Positions 39,601 to 51,384 of a stretch of DNA of 64,000 nucleotides are shown here, in pieces; position 1 is the first letter of the stretch; each line of letters opens with the position of its first letter. The DNA comes from Octopus bimaculoides (Eukaryota). The stretch lies in the NCBI RefSeq assembly GCF_001194135.2, contig NC_068981.1, positions 79,494,202-79,558,201 on the forward strand, written 5' to 3'. The notes under the pieces were generated by a model. That model was not told where the DNA came from. It was given only the letters and a program-made list of their open reading frames with translations, and did no database searches. The position numbers and the translations under genes are program-made.

Positions 39601-42012
39601 AGTGTCTTGCTCAAGAACTCAACACACAGCTCGGTCTATGAATCGAACTCACTACCTCATGATTGTGAGTCCGACGCCCTAACAACTGAACCATGCGATT
39701 ATGAGCAGAGGGGAAAATAAATCGCAGTACTGACAAGAAGCCGTCCAGTAGAATACATATTTAATAATCTATGGTTTTATAGTGTTATCTAATATATCTA
39801 ATATCGTACATTAATCAAAATGTTAGTTGTAAAACTACTTCTGAAGAAAATCCAGAAGATGAAACCGATCAAATCATATGAGGTCAAAAATCAAATATCA
39901 AAGGCCAATTTTAATTGACGTTGAAAAACAAGCTCGAACAATGAGAAACGTTTAGAGAGAGAGAGTGGTTAGTGGGGCAGACGATAATAAGAGAAACTGA
40001 AAGGAAAATTAAATGCCAGGAAGGACATGGGAGCTGACCGATGCGAGGAAGATGAAGCAGCAGAGAGATCTAGTATGAGTGCACGAGGCATGTACATGTG
40101 TCCCAGTCTTGCCTTGTGTTTATCAGAATATAACTTTGTCCGGTTATAATGTTAAAACTATAACTTAGCGGGTCGATAAATAGTTTCGAAAAAATGATCG
40201 ACTAATATGTGAAGATGGTATGCCCATAGGCGAAATTTAACATTTGAGATGCTTTGCTCCGAGTATTAATTGCCGGAGCTACTCAAAGGTATTGCAAACT
40301 ATTCTTCTGAATCGATGGCAATATTGAAAATCCTTCTGTATCATCAGCAGGTATCGCAGAGTCAAAAGCGTTTCACCCCTAAGCTTGTATGCTTCACCTG
40401 AGTCTTTACCTGCATAAGGGTTCCGCCTTCGGTTTCTTGAGTCACCTAAAATTAAATGGACTCCAGATTTCACTAATATTATACTTTGTGCATTGACCAA
40501 TGGTTCACGAGCGCTATGCTACTGATTAAAAAAAATATAACTGTAGGTTTTATAAAATTTATAATATTGCTTGAGCATCTTAAAAAACGTGTTATTTATA
40601 ACATATCTTTACACATACGAATGATTAATAAAATAGAGTAAACAATAATTTTCTTTATTTTTTTTCTTTCAAAAACTTTCCATTTTAAAATGTGCTTTGT
40701 TTTTAAACTTTCCGTACGAGGTGGGACTGTAATTGTTTATTTCCCATACGAAGTACGCCAGTAAGTTTTCACTTCATTTCGCTCTCCAGTGCGCTACGAA
40801 ATCTATCAGATTCAGAACGTTTGTCATAAACCCCCAAATAATTCTTTCTAATTTTCCCTCTTTCCTTTCTTTTTTTTTTTTTTTTTTTTTTGTACAGGTT
40901 AGAGTTTTTGAGGAGAGAAGTAAGTCGATTACATCGACCCGAGTACTCAACTGATACTTATTTGATTGACTCCAGAAAGGATAAAAGGCAAAGACGACCT
41001 AGACAGCATTTGAACTCTGAATGTAAGCAATTTTTGTTCAGCGTAGTAACGATTCTGCCAGCTCGGTGCCTTAGACCACAGGATGATGAAAGTTTCGAAT
41101 ACCATAAAGGAAACGGGTGTCATTAAATAGAGATGCTCTACCGATTCCATCACCTATTGCTTTTTGTATCAGAATTAGTATTAAAGATACTTAAGAAAGA
41201 CACATTAACCTTCTGTCTACCAGTGGGTCCATTTCAGTTTTTTCAGTTGCTTTTTCCTACTGTTTATATTATTTGATTCTGCTGATTCTCGTGGCTCTTA
41301 TTTTATCTTGACTCTCTTTTATTTGGCAAATGAAAAATTTTCCGTATGTTTATAAAAGCTAAAAACTTTCACTTAATACATTAATTACCGTATGGGTCCA
41401 TTGGACCCTCGAATTAAATTCAGACAATACTCTTGTCATTCTAAACAGAATAAAAGCAGTATCAAATATTATTTTCCCAGGTATTTATTAGATATTAAAT
41501 AGATAAAATTGTATTCAATTTATTTGCTAAATTTTAGATAAAATAAGAAAAATTATGAAAATATTCCTGTAAATTTGTGTGGCATTGCATCATCTTCAAT
41601 CTGCTAGTTTATAGGGTGATGCAATATTTCTGAGATGACGCAATTCTTACAATATATTGCTTCATCTTTCAGGAGAGTATGTGAGAGAGCAATATCTGCC
41701 TTTAGTCTGCTATCAAGTTTCATAGACTTCAGTTGTGCTTTCCAATATGCTTTTCAATCGGAATTGATATGAGAGCAGAGCAAGCTCAACAAACTGCTCT
41801 ACTGGAGACAGCTAGGATATTGAGTTTGGTACTTGGTTGTTGAATGTCTCTCACGATAATTAACAACCAAGTATCAAAGCTTATAATGTGCAGAAAGAGA
41901 CCCTGTGAGACCTCTGACAGCAGGCTGCTGTCCGCTCTCACAGAATCTACCAGAGCAAACAAGACCGAACATTCTGAGAAAAAACAACAACAACAACAGT
42001 AATAATAATATT

Positions 42013-42193
42013 AATCCTTTCTACTATAGGAACAAGGCCTGAAATTTTGGGGGAGGGGCTAGTCTATTATATCGATCTCAGTGCGTAACTGGTACTTATT
42101 TCATCCTTTCGGGGTCGATGAAATAAGTACCAGTTGCGCACTGGGATCGATATAATCAAAATTTCAGGCCCTGTGCCTATAGTAGAAAGGATT
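42013..42193. repeat. Head-to-head fused SINE B halves forming a long hairpin
   Basis: aatcctttctactatagg...tacttatttcatc, an 11-nt loop, then gatgaaataagta...cctatagtagaaaggatt. Confidence 0.85.
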
Positions 42194-42761
42194 ATTATTT
42201 AAAAAATGCCCTAATGCAATACCAGGTACTGGCTCTCATGGCTTCTGATCTTTACTGATTGGAAGTGTTATCATGTACATGTTTTGTCTTTGTGTAAAAG
42301 ATGGGCTACAGCAAATATTCTACTCAATACCGAAGATTTGCATGTCAGTAGTTTGACTTTAACCAGTTGAGCATGTCCCTGAGTGGCTGACGATATGTAC
42401 ATCTCTGATCATGAGCAGAAGTAGTAGGGGTGCATCATAGCCATGTGTTGAGGGGAATTTGGGTGAGGGGTTGAATAATTCACCTCTGGAAACATATGTT
42501 TCGTTCAACATCCTTAAACAACCCTTATTCAGGGACCTTTTAAGCGGGATGGGCTACTCGACCTGAAGAAAATTCTAACTGGTCCCCACCTGCAAGGTCA
42601 TGCGCTGTTTATCTTGATATGAGATCACCATGTCGTGTATATGTGGCTCTGATGCATGTTCCTGGTGTACCCTTATGAGACGGATAGCCATGATGAGTGT
42701 ATTGGGCTTCGTATATTTGCATCCCAGTGTTACTTGATGGTATGTACTGCTCTCTCACTCA

Positions 42762-42842
42762 ATGATGATGATGACGACGACGATGACGACGACGACGATG
42801 ACGATGACGATGATAATGATGATGATGAGGAGGAGGAGGATA
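42762..42842 (+). repeat. Compound (GAT/GAC/GAG)n microsatellite
   Basis: Direct reading. Confidence 0.9.
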
Positions 42843-43804
42843 GCGATTTTTTTTCTTTATTTAACACGAGGAAAACTGATGCAGGAAACAAGAGTTATAG
42901 CAATAATCTCAAGGGTTAATAAAATCAAGAAACATCTTGAGTAATAAATTTCACATAGGTTCATAAAGAAAACTAAAGTAATTTATATCGCATGTTAATA
43001 GAGCAAGCAGCTTGAGGCAGTTTTGATGGCACGAAAGTTTTTCTCTGAGTTACAACAAACAACGAACAGGTTTACAAATAAGTGCACGGTGGGTAGGCGA
43101 TAGAAGGACAAGGGGAGAGTGAAAAAGTGTAATAAAATACACAATAATTAAAACAAACAAAGCTGGGTTAAGACCTATAGAAGCCCTAAGCACTTAAAAG
43201 ATTTTGATGGCTCCATATATATGTAATTCAAAATATAAACAACAATAAACCATAAAATAAATCTTTATTTTCAAAATGAAACAGAACCAACAGTAAGACG
43301 GAGAATAATGTTTATTTTTGTATACTTCCACTTTATTTATGTTTGAAAAGTTTTCTCCTGATTTTTTTTTAATTGTAAAGAGTTTGATCAGATCCTCTCT
43401 ATGACACCATGGAGAATTGGAAATTATATTTCCGATTATAATAAACCACTTAGGGTATTATTTTAGCAAAAGGTAAGTCTTTACAGAAATTCTTGCTACT
43501 TTCCTACCGGCATACGTCCCTCTACTACAGGGCTGCAGTACCATCGAAGCGGAGGTTGCGATTGAGACGACACCAGCGCACGTTGGCTTGAAATGCGTAA
43601 TGTTATAAAAGCGTATGGCGGGCAAAATGGACGATGACACTGCAATGAGAATATTTAAACAGTTTTTTAAGTAGTTTTGGCTGTAAGGGGAGCTAGTACC
43701 ACGTGAATCTTGGATAATTGCATGAAATAATGTTCGGGTTTTAGACAGACTTTTCCTTATACCCGTGTATAAAGGGCAAGCAGGTTTTATATGTCTGGTG
43801 ACCA

Positions 43805-44190
43805 TGGCGAAGAAGTTGTATGGTGGACGAGATTGAAAGGGCTAAAGACAAACACTTTCGTCTTTGGCCAATCCCTCAACAATTACTTCGAGTTTCACTT
43901 GAAAAGGAAAATAAAGGTGGAGAGAAAAATGCCGCCGTCAAGCCATTTTGTTGAAAGGTGGATGAGAGTGGCGAGCATGGTGCGAGTGAACGGACCTGCC
44001 CTGAGATACGCCTCAGAAGTTAAGGCAGCCGTGATTTTATGGGTTTTTTCTTTTTTTTCACTGACTCCAACTCCCACGTGCTGTTGAAGCTGGCCATCGC
44101 GTTTTGCATTCTGATTCACTCGTTTAACATAAATGGCTGCCCGCCAGTTTTCTGTGATAACTCTTTCTTGAATGCTTGCTTCTTGATGGA
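43805..44190 (+). mobile_element. L1/Tx1-clade LINE ORF2 C-terminal fragment
   Basis: EEVVWWTRLKGLKTNTFVFGQSLNNYFEFHLKRKIKVERK...FVERWMRVASMVRVNG is homologous to the 25370 copy. Confidence 0.75.
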
Positions 44191-44196
44191 ATACAT

Positions 44197-44310
44197 CGTC
44201 GTCGTCGTCGTCGTCGTCGTCGTCATCGTCATCGTCATCGTCGTCATCATCATCATCATCATCATCATCATCACCATCACCACCACCACCACCACCACCA
44301 TCACCATCAC

Positions 44311-44345
<35 letters not shown>
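44197..44345 (+). repeat. Compound (CGT)(CAT)(CAC)n microsatellite
   Basis: Direct reading. Confidence 0.9.
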
Positions 44346-45081
44346 ATGACCTTTTTTTTTCTCAGATGATAATTAATCTTAGCAATCTGCTTAATAAAAT
44401 CAAGCAGGATAAAATTTCTTAAAAGTAATAAATTTCATAGTTGTCCATAAAGGAAACAAAACTAGCTTATATTGTGCATGTTAGTAAAGCAACTAGCTTG
44501 AGGCATTTTGATTTAAACGAAAACTTTCCTTGCAATGCTAAGAATTTGGAGTTATTATAACTGACTTGTGTGACACTCTTGTAATTGGGATAACAGCTGT
44601 GTGTGACAGGTGTTTGAGAATTGTATCTCGGCACAGTAAACTGTGAAATTAAACGTTTATTTGCAGTTAATAGGCACTTCAACCTTGTAGTTGTATATAT
44701 TAGTTTTCTTAGTTGTCATAATAACAGAACGGAAAATAGTTAGTGTTATGGAGAGAAAAACAACAGAGCTGCAAACATTTCAACGACTAGACTATTGAAA
44801 CTTCTCAATTGCATTTCATTTATTGTCTATTTTTTTTACCTTTTATCTTTTACTTGTGCTTCTCTGAAACTGCCTAGGATTGAGTTACTTGACAGGGAAA
44901 GCCAAGAAAATGCGCTTCGTTAAAAAACATAGCATTAAATTAAAGACGGTTTCTTACACAGTTAGGCACAAAATTATAAATCTGTATGAAGAAGCAATCG
45001 ATTTTATTGATCCTAGTACTTGACTGGTACTTTATTTTATCGATTCTTGAAGGACGAAAGGCAAATTTGCTAAATAAAATT

Positions 45082-45769
45082 AAATTTTATTCAACGCATA
45101 GATACTGAACAGTATAGATATAAAGGATAAAATCCATTTTTCTTTTTAAAAGCAGAAAAATTTGTCGGCAGCCAGCCAAGAAAAAAGGATTTTATCCTTT
45201 ATATCTATACTGGGATCTATTTTAAAACGGGGGCCACATTTTTCATTAATGTTTTACGTAGTGTTTTTGGTACGGAAAGACTTTCAAACTTCGTATACTT
45301 ATCTATTTTGTGTTATAGAACAGAAAAATATTTTTGTATTCGAATTTATTTCATNNNNNNNNNNTTTGGCTGATTAAGCGATGTAAAGCGTATTTAATCT
45401 CCATACCTTCGTTTTATTTGCTTTTTTCATTTTAAATTTGCTTTAACCCTAACCCTAACCCTAACCCTAGGGTTAAGGTTAGGGTTAGGGTTAATTGTTT
45501 CAGAATCGTTTGTTTATGTAGTCGGCACTTAATGTATGTCGGCTGAATGGACGTCAGTGATTGGTTGAAATTACAGAAATACGACAACTTTAACATGGAA
45601 TAACTTATGGATTTCTTTTTTTTTTTAAGAAGACGAAGAGAAAAATATGTTTTATATGACACATTCTACCAGTGTTCCAAGTTTCAAAGTGTTTCGTTAA
45701 TGAAAAATGTGGCCCCCGTTTTAAAAAATATCCCTATAGTGTTCAGTATCTATGCGTTGAATAAAATTT
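45082..45769. mobile_element. Small fold-back MITE (54-bp arms) split by Merlin MITE copy 1
   Basis: Left arm 45082-45135 is the reverse complement of 45187-45212 joined to 45742-45769. Confidence 0.7.
45213..45733. mobile_element. Merlin/IS1016-type MITE with internal palindromic telomeric cassette (copy 1)
   Basis: TIRs GGATCTATTTTAAAACGGGGGCCACATTTTTCATTAA and its complement; 8-bp TSD ctatactg/ctatagtg. Telomeric block (TAACCC)4-TA-(GGGTTA)~4 at 45444-45493. Confidence 0.8.
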
Positions 45770-46612
45770 ACCTTTCTACTCGTTCTACCATACATTTCAG
45801 CGCTTCGAAAAACAAAGTTGTTTGTTTACATACGGCGTAAAATTAAACTAGTAACAAAGAATACATGTCTTTTGTGTTCTACGGTTTCACACTATTCTGC
45901 ACTATATTCTTCACATGGGCTATGCTAACACTGTCGTACATTACGAAGCGGGTACGCTGGGAAAAATTTTGATAGCTCCTGCTCTAAACGGTTGAACAAC
46001 CTACTAGAAATAACGACTAAATCTTTCTTAAATCACATCATCGTCATCATACAGCCGCAGCTATCGAGAACCATCAATACCTTATACGTGCGAGATTTGG
46101 GATACCTAGTCCGCCATTCTACAGCAGGCGTAACCCATTTTCAGATGAAGGGAGAAGAATAACATGAAATGAAATGCCTTGCTCAAGGACACAGCGTGCA
46201 GTCTGATTTGGGAATCGAACTCACAGCCTTAAGATGTGTCCACGTAGCCACACACCTTTACAAAACAAATCACACCCTACTATCTTTTAAAAAGAAAGGA
46301 TCCATTTGGTAATGTCCACTTATGTACGTCATAAAATAAGACAGAATGATCAGTGCTGAAACACCTTGGATTATCAATTTACTCAATCATAGTTGACCTT
46401 GAGCTAAACAACAATAACAACAGCAGCAGCAGTAGCGGCAGCAGTAGCGGCAGCAGTAGCAGTAGCTGCAGAATTTGTTGAAATAAGTTTTTCTGAAAGT
46501 GACTGAACTGATACATTTGTAATGTATAATACATCACGTATGTATGAAGAAATTGAGTCTTATTTTGAAGATTGTTTTCTGTTAAAGTTCAAGTTAATGT
46601 GAGCTCGCGATC

Positions 46613-46656
46613 GGGAAATGAATTACTGTCGTTTCGAATCTCTTCAGATTCTTCCC
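46613..46656 (-). ncRNA. Degenerate minimal hammerhead ribozyme (stem II collapsed)
   Basis: Minus strand reads gggaa-gaat CTGAAGA gattc GAAA c-gaca-gt A attc-at-ttccc. Core, stem I (4+5 bp) and a GUA triplet are present, but stem II is only GAUUC. Confidence 0.5.
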
Positions 46657-48561
46657 ATGTGGTCCATAGTCTGCATGAAGCAGTCAAGGGAACCACTTCG
46701 ATGGAAAAGTGTTGTCCTAAATTTGAAACTCCTTTAGCATTCAGATTATTCTGTTGACTCTTATGTTTATTTGTTCACATTGTTTTGAATTACTCATTTG
46801 TTATCTTTTTGCTTTGAGATTTTGATGATGTGCTTTTTTTAATTTCGACACAAACGTTGTGCCCTTAACAATACTATTCCAAAAATATGCTGATACAAAA
46901 ATTGTCTACTATTCTAAAAAATTATGCTGACACAAACGTTGCAAAGAATACATTTGAAGAATTTGTTTGTCATAAGGTAACACGATACTGGAATTCATGT
47001 ATGTCTGCATTATACAGTTTTTAAAATTTTTATTTTAAATACTTTGAGATTAAATACACTTGTTATCCTGAATATGTTCATGTTCGTATTTCATCAAACT
47101 CATTTCGTTCCATAAAATAAAAATAATTTTTTCAGCAGTCTCATGCCATAAATAAAGCTAACAGATTTAACACTGAAATGGATATTAGTACGAACCTTCT
47201 TAAGGGTGTTAAGGATGAAATTTTTCTTAAGTTGTTTTATTTTTTTTTATGAATATTAATCAACACTTGTGACTTATTTTCCAATGCAACAAATCTCTAG
47301 ATTTTAGCTGTCGTAGACTCTACTTGGCAAGCATAGAGAATATTTCAAAACGAAAAACTTTCACAATGCTTATATGACTTATTTAGTTTTTATTTGTGAA
47401 TTGGTTTGAGCAGACGATAATTGATTTAAAACATTTATAAAGACAATATAGATATAATATCTAAACCATAGAATGAATAAACGTCAGCTAAAAGTCATAA
47501 TACCAAAATATTGGGTTCCATATAGATGATTGAAACAAGTCACCAACTCTGCTAAATTTTTTAAGATACCAAAATAAAAAAATATTATAGATGACTTATC
47601 TAGTGTTGAGGAAAGAGGGAAGAAGTTCACTTCTAAATCCACGAATGCTAGGTTTTATGTTATATTTTCAATAAAAACATTGGAATACGATGTCTAGATA
47701 CTTGCTGAATCAAGAAACAACAATATGCTGTAGTATTAAAAGCGGTTTTGCTATTTTCTCTGCAAGTATTAGTGGTAATGATTGTAATGATGATGACATA
47801 TTCTCGAATTCTCTACTGACGGCATTCCCACTCTTTTATTTCTTTGTCTCTAATTCCAGTGGTTTCCCTGACAGTGTTTGTATTGGCGAAAACCCTTTAT
47901 TTAAATATTCCAGTCTCTCTGTCTTGGTCTTTACTGATAGAAACCCTCTGTTTGATTCCAGTAGTCTTCCTGACTACTTGGGAGCCTCTGCTGAAAACTG
48001 TCTAAATATTCCAGTCTCTCTGCCAAAGACCCCCACCCGCCCCTGTCTAAACCTATTGATCTCTTTGACAATGTTTCTACTTATGAATACACTTGATATC
48101 GAAATCTGTCACTGACGATTTTATAAACCTTGCTGACGATGTATCTTTGCTTGACAGCAGTGTATTTTCTTCTGTAACTCCTGTTCATAATTCGGGTGAG
48201 GACAGAGCAGATTCCATTTGTAAATCTAAACTCTAACAATACTCCAACAGATATACTGGTTCTGTTTTCTTAATTCGCTAAGCTAAAATAAACGTCATCT
48301 GTAAAGATAACATAATCTCACATCTACCAAACTCATATTGTCTCCCAAACAGTTCTCTGTTTCCAATGAAAAGAAGTAAACGTAGATATTTCAAGCATGG
48401 GAAACTGAGCTCCAGTGGCTAAGCAGGGTATTATGTATATTGCATTACATTCTGTCATCAATCATTGGTTGCTGTATCTATGGAGTTTGTAAATGTTCCA
48501 CGCTGTGATTTGAAAAATGCTTTAGGTCAGCGTTTCCTCAACTTATTTTGTCGTGGAACCC

Positions 48562-48953
48562 TTGTTGTTGTTGGCACTCCGTCGCTTACGACGTCGAGGG
48601 TTCCAGTTAATCCGATCAACGGAACAGCCTGCTCGTGAAATCAACGTGCAAGTTGCTCAGCACTCCACAGACACGTGTACCCTTAACGTAGTTCTCGGGT
48701 ATATTCAGCGTGACAAGGCTGGCCCTTTGAATTACAGGTACAACAGAAACAGGAAGAAAGAGTGAAAGAAAGTTGTGGTAAAAGAATACAGCAGGGTTCG
48801 CCCCCCCCCCTGCCGGAGCCTCGTGGAGCTTTAGGTGTTTTCGCTCAATAAACACTCACAACGCCCGGTCTGGGAATCGAAACCGCGATCCTATAACCGC
48901 GATCCTATAACCGCGAGTCCGCTGCCCTAACCACTGGGTCATTGCGCCTCTAC
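48562..48953 (-). mobile_element. SINE family C nested in a hAT-like MITE (~48528-49242)
   Basis: Reverse copy with an 11-bp TSD gtggaaccctt. Host ends are cagcgtttcctcaa / ttgagaaactcag. Confidence 0.75.
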
Positions 48954-51384
48954 TGTGGAACCCTTATACGATTTTCAAAAAACTGTGGAATCCATGTCTA
49001 CATTTTACGGACGATTTACCTCTGCTTTAAATTTAATTTGATATTAAACGAAACAAAAATTCTTATAGAGAGAATTTATCCATATAAAATTATATAATAA
49101 TTTAGTAGTTGGAAAAAAATGTTGAATATCAATATTTTATAAAATAAATATTTACTACAAGGCACGTCAAGTCACAGAACCCCGGAAAAAATTTTTTTTA
49201 CGGAACCGTAATGTTCTGTATAATCCAATTTGAGAAACTCAGCCGAAGGTGATAAACATGGTTAATGGTCATGAAAAATTCATCAAGCACAAAAATCAAC
49301 GCAATGCACAGTATGCAAATTCTTCGTTAAGCTGATTGAAAAACACTGTTTGTTGACGGAAATTGTTTACGTCATACTATCAACTAATAATTCCCTCGAT
49401 ACTTGACGTAATTATTCGGTTGTTCAAAAAGAAACGAAATCAATATAACCTTAGAGTGAATCATATAATGTAGATTAAGGTAACTTTCTGCATTTCATTT
49501 GAGTATAAAGCTATGCTTGGCACTATTATTAAAAAAAGCATTTTAAGAAGTCCAAAAACAAAATAAAGCAAAATGCCATATATCTGTCACCACCACAGAT
49601 GTAAAATAAATTTATCAATCGTTGTACAGTAGAAACTAAGTCAACAACTCTAGCTGACACGGAGGAAGTCATTTTTTTTTCTTTGTCAGTGATTGCCAAT
49701 GAAACAGGATGTATCTGTCTATTAAATCAAATTACAACTCTCTGGTGGCGTCCATTGTGAAGGCGTGTGGTATAGTGGATGGGGTGTTGAGCTCACAATC
49801 ATTAGATCTGGGTTCGATTCTCGGATCGGGTTGCACACTGCATCCTTGAGCAAGGCACTTCATTTCACATTGTTTCGGTACCCTCATCTGACAATGAGAT
49901 CCAGCGACAGCAGACTGGGGAGGGGTATTAATTGTGCGGGAAATTAGTGTCTCGTTCAGGAGTGACTCTACTATTCTCATTAGTTTAAACTCCTCAGAAA
50001 CTTGAATAAGTTCAGTCTCAATGGGCCTGTAGGCTTGAGAAAACAAATAAAGAATAAAATTTGTGCCCGTTACACATACAATGAAGGGACTTTTTCTCGA
50101 TTTCTAGCAGCTATTTAAACAAATGCAGAAGCAATGATAAAATGTAATTACTGTTCGCGGAGAAGCAGAGCCGGATTAAGTTAGAGCGGATTTGTGGCAT
50201 ATGTTATAAAGGGATCATAAATTAAAACAAAAATACATATAGATATCGGTTTCAAATTTTGGCATAAGGCCAGTAATTTCGGGGAAAGGTTAAGTCGATT
50301 ACATTGACACCACTACTCAAATGGTACTTAATTTATCGACCCCAAAAGGTTGAAAGACAAAGTAGACCTCGGCGGAATTTGAACATAAGAATTAGCCGTT
50401 AAGCATTTTGCCCAGCATTAGCGATTGTACCAGGTCGCCACCTTAAAATACATACAAATATTAAAGCATAAATTCTTTACTTACGTGGTAATCAACTCAG
50501 TAAAAGTTATATTTTTCACATTGAACAAAAGAAAATCTTTCGATGATTTACACAGAAGTTTATGTTCAATGCTCATTACAGTAAAATGGTTCAATCTGTG
50601 TTAACCTATGGTGTGCTCCTTTATTCATTTTAAATCATTTACTGTTTTGTAAATTAGCTTTTCCTACTGTAGTTGGTAATCATGAATGACATGGAGATGC
50701 CCAAGATATCTCATACATTTGGAAAACAAAATTCCGTACAATTGTTAGCAAACTGTAAAGTTCTAAAAGATCCCGTTTGGTGCCAAATATAAGGAGCAAA
50801 ACCTGTTTTAAACAGTTCAGTAGACTTACACATATTTTTCACCAAGATTCCCATCCATACCGTTTAGATTTGATGTGATAAGATTTGACGGTCTCTTCAG
50901 GTGTAAATGCCAGTAACTGATGAAGGAATCCAGAAAAACCTCTTGGCAAAAAAAAAAAAAACACGCTATCAATAATGGTAAATGTTCAACTTTCAAACGT
51001 TTGAGAAAGCATCGAAAGTCAATAAATGAATCAGGAGTGATAAAACGGCTGAAATAATCATACTCTGGATATCACTTGGGTTGTCTTTGAGTTTGTTACT
51101 TTGAGCATTGTTTGTAAAACGTTACCAAACAACATAAAATACACAATAGTAAATTACAGACACATTAGATTTTAAAATCCTTTCAACTGCAAAGGCAAAT
51201 TTGCAAACTATTAAATACATTTCTAATGATTAAAGTGGATAATTTACTAATTTACATGTAAATATCTACAAAAAGGAGCAATCGCTATGCATTGTATGAA
51301 TAATTCAACAATAAACTAGATTTCAAATAAGACATTCGTTATATGATATCGCCAAACCAGAAGTTTGGTGAAAGTAATATTAAT

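Noticed and set aside
45444-45493. Ancestral telomere-telomere fusion site
   Set aside because: Wrong orientation for a fusion, and it recurs inside a MITE.
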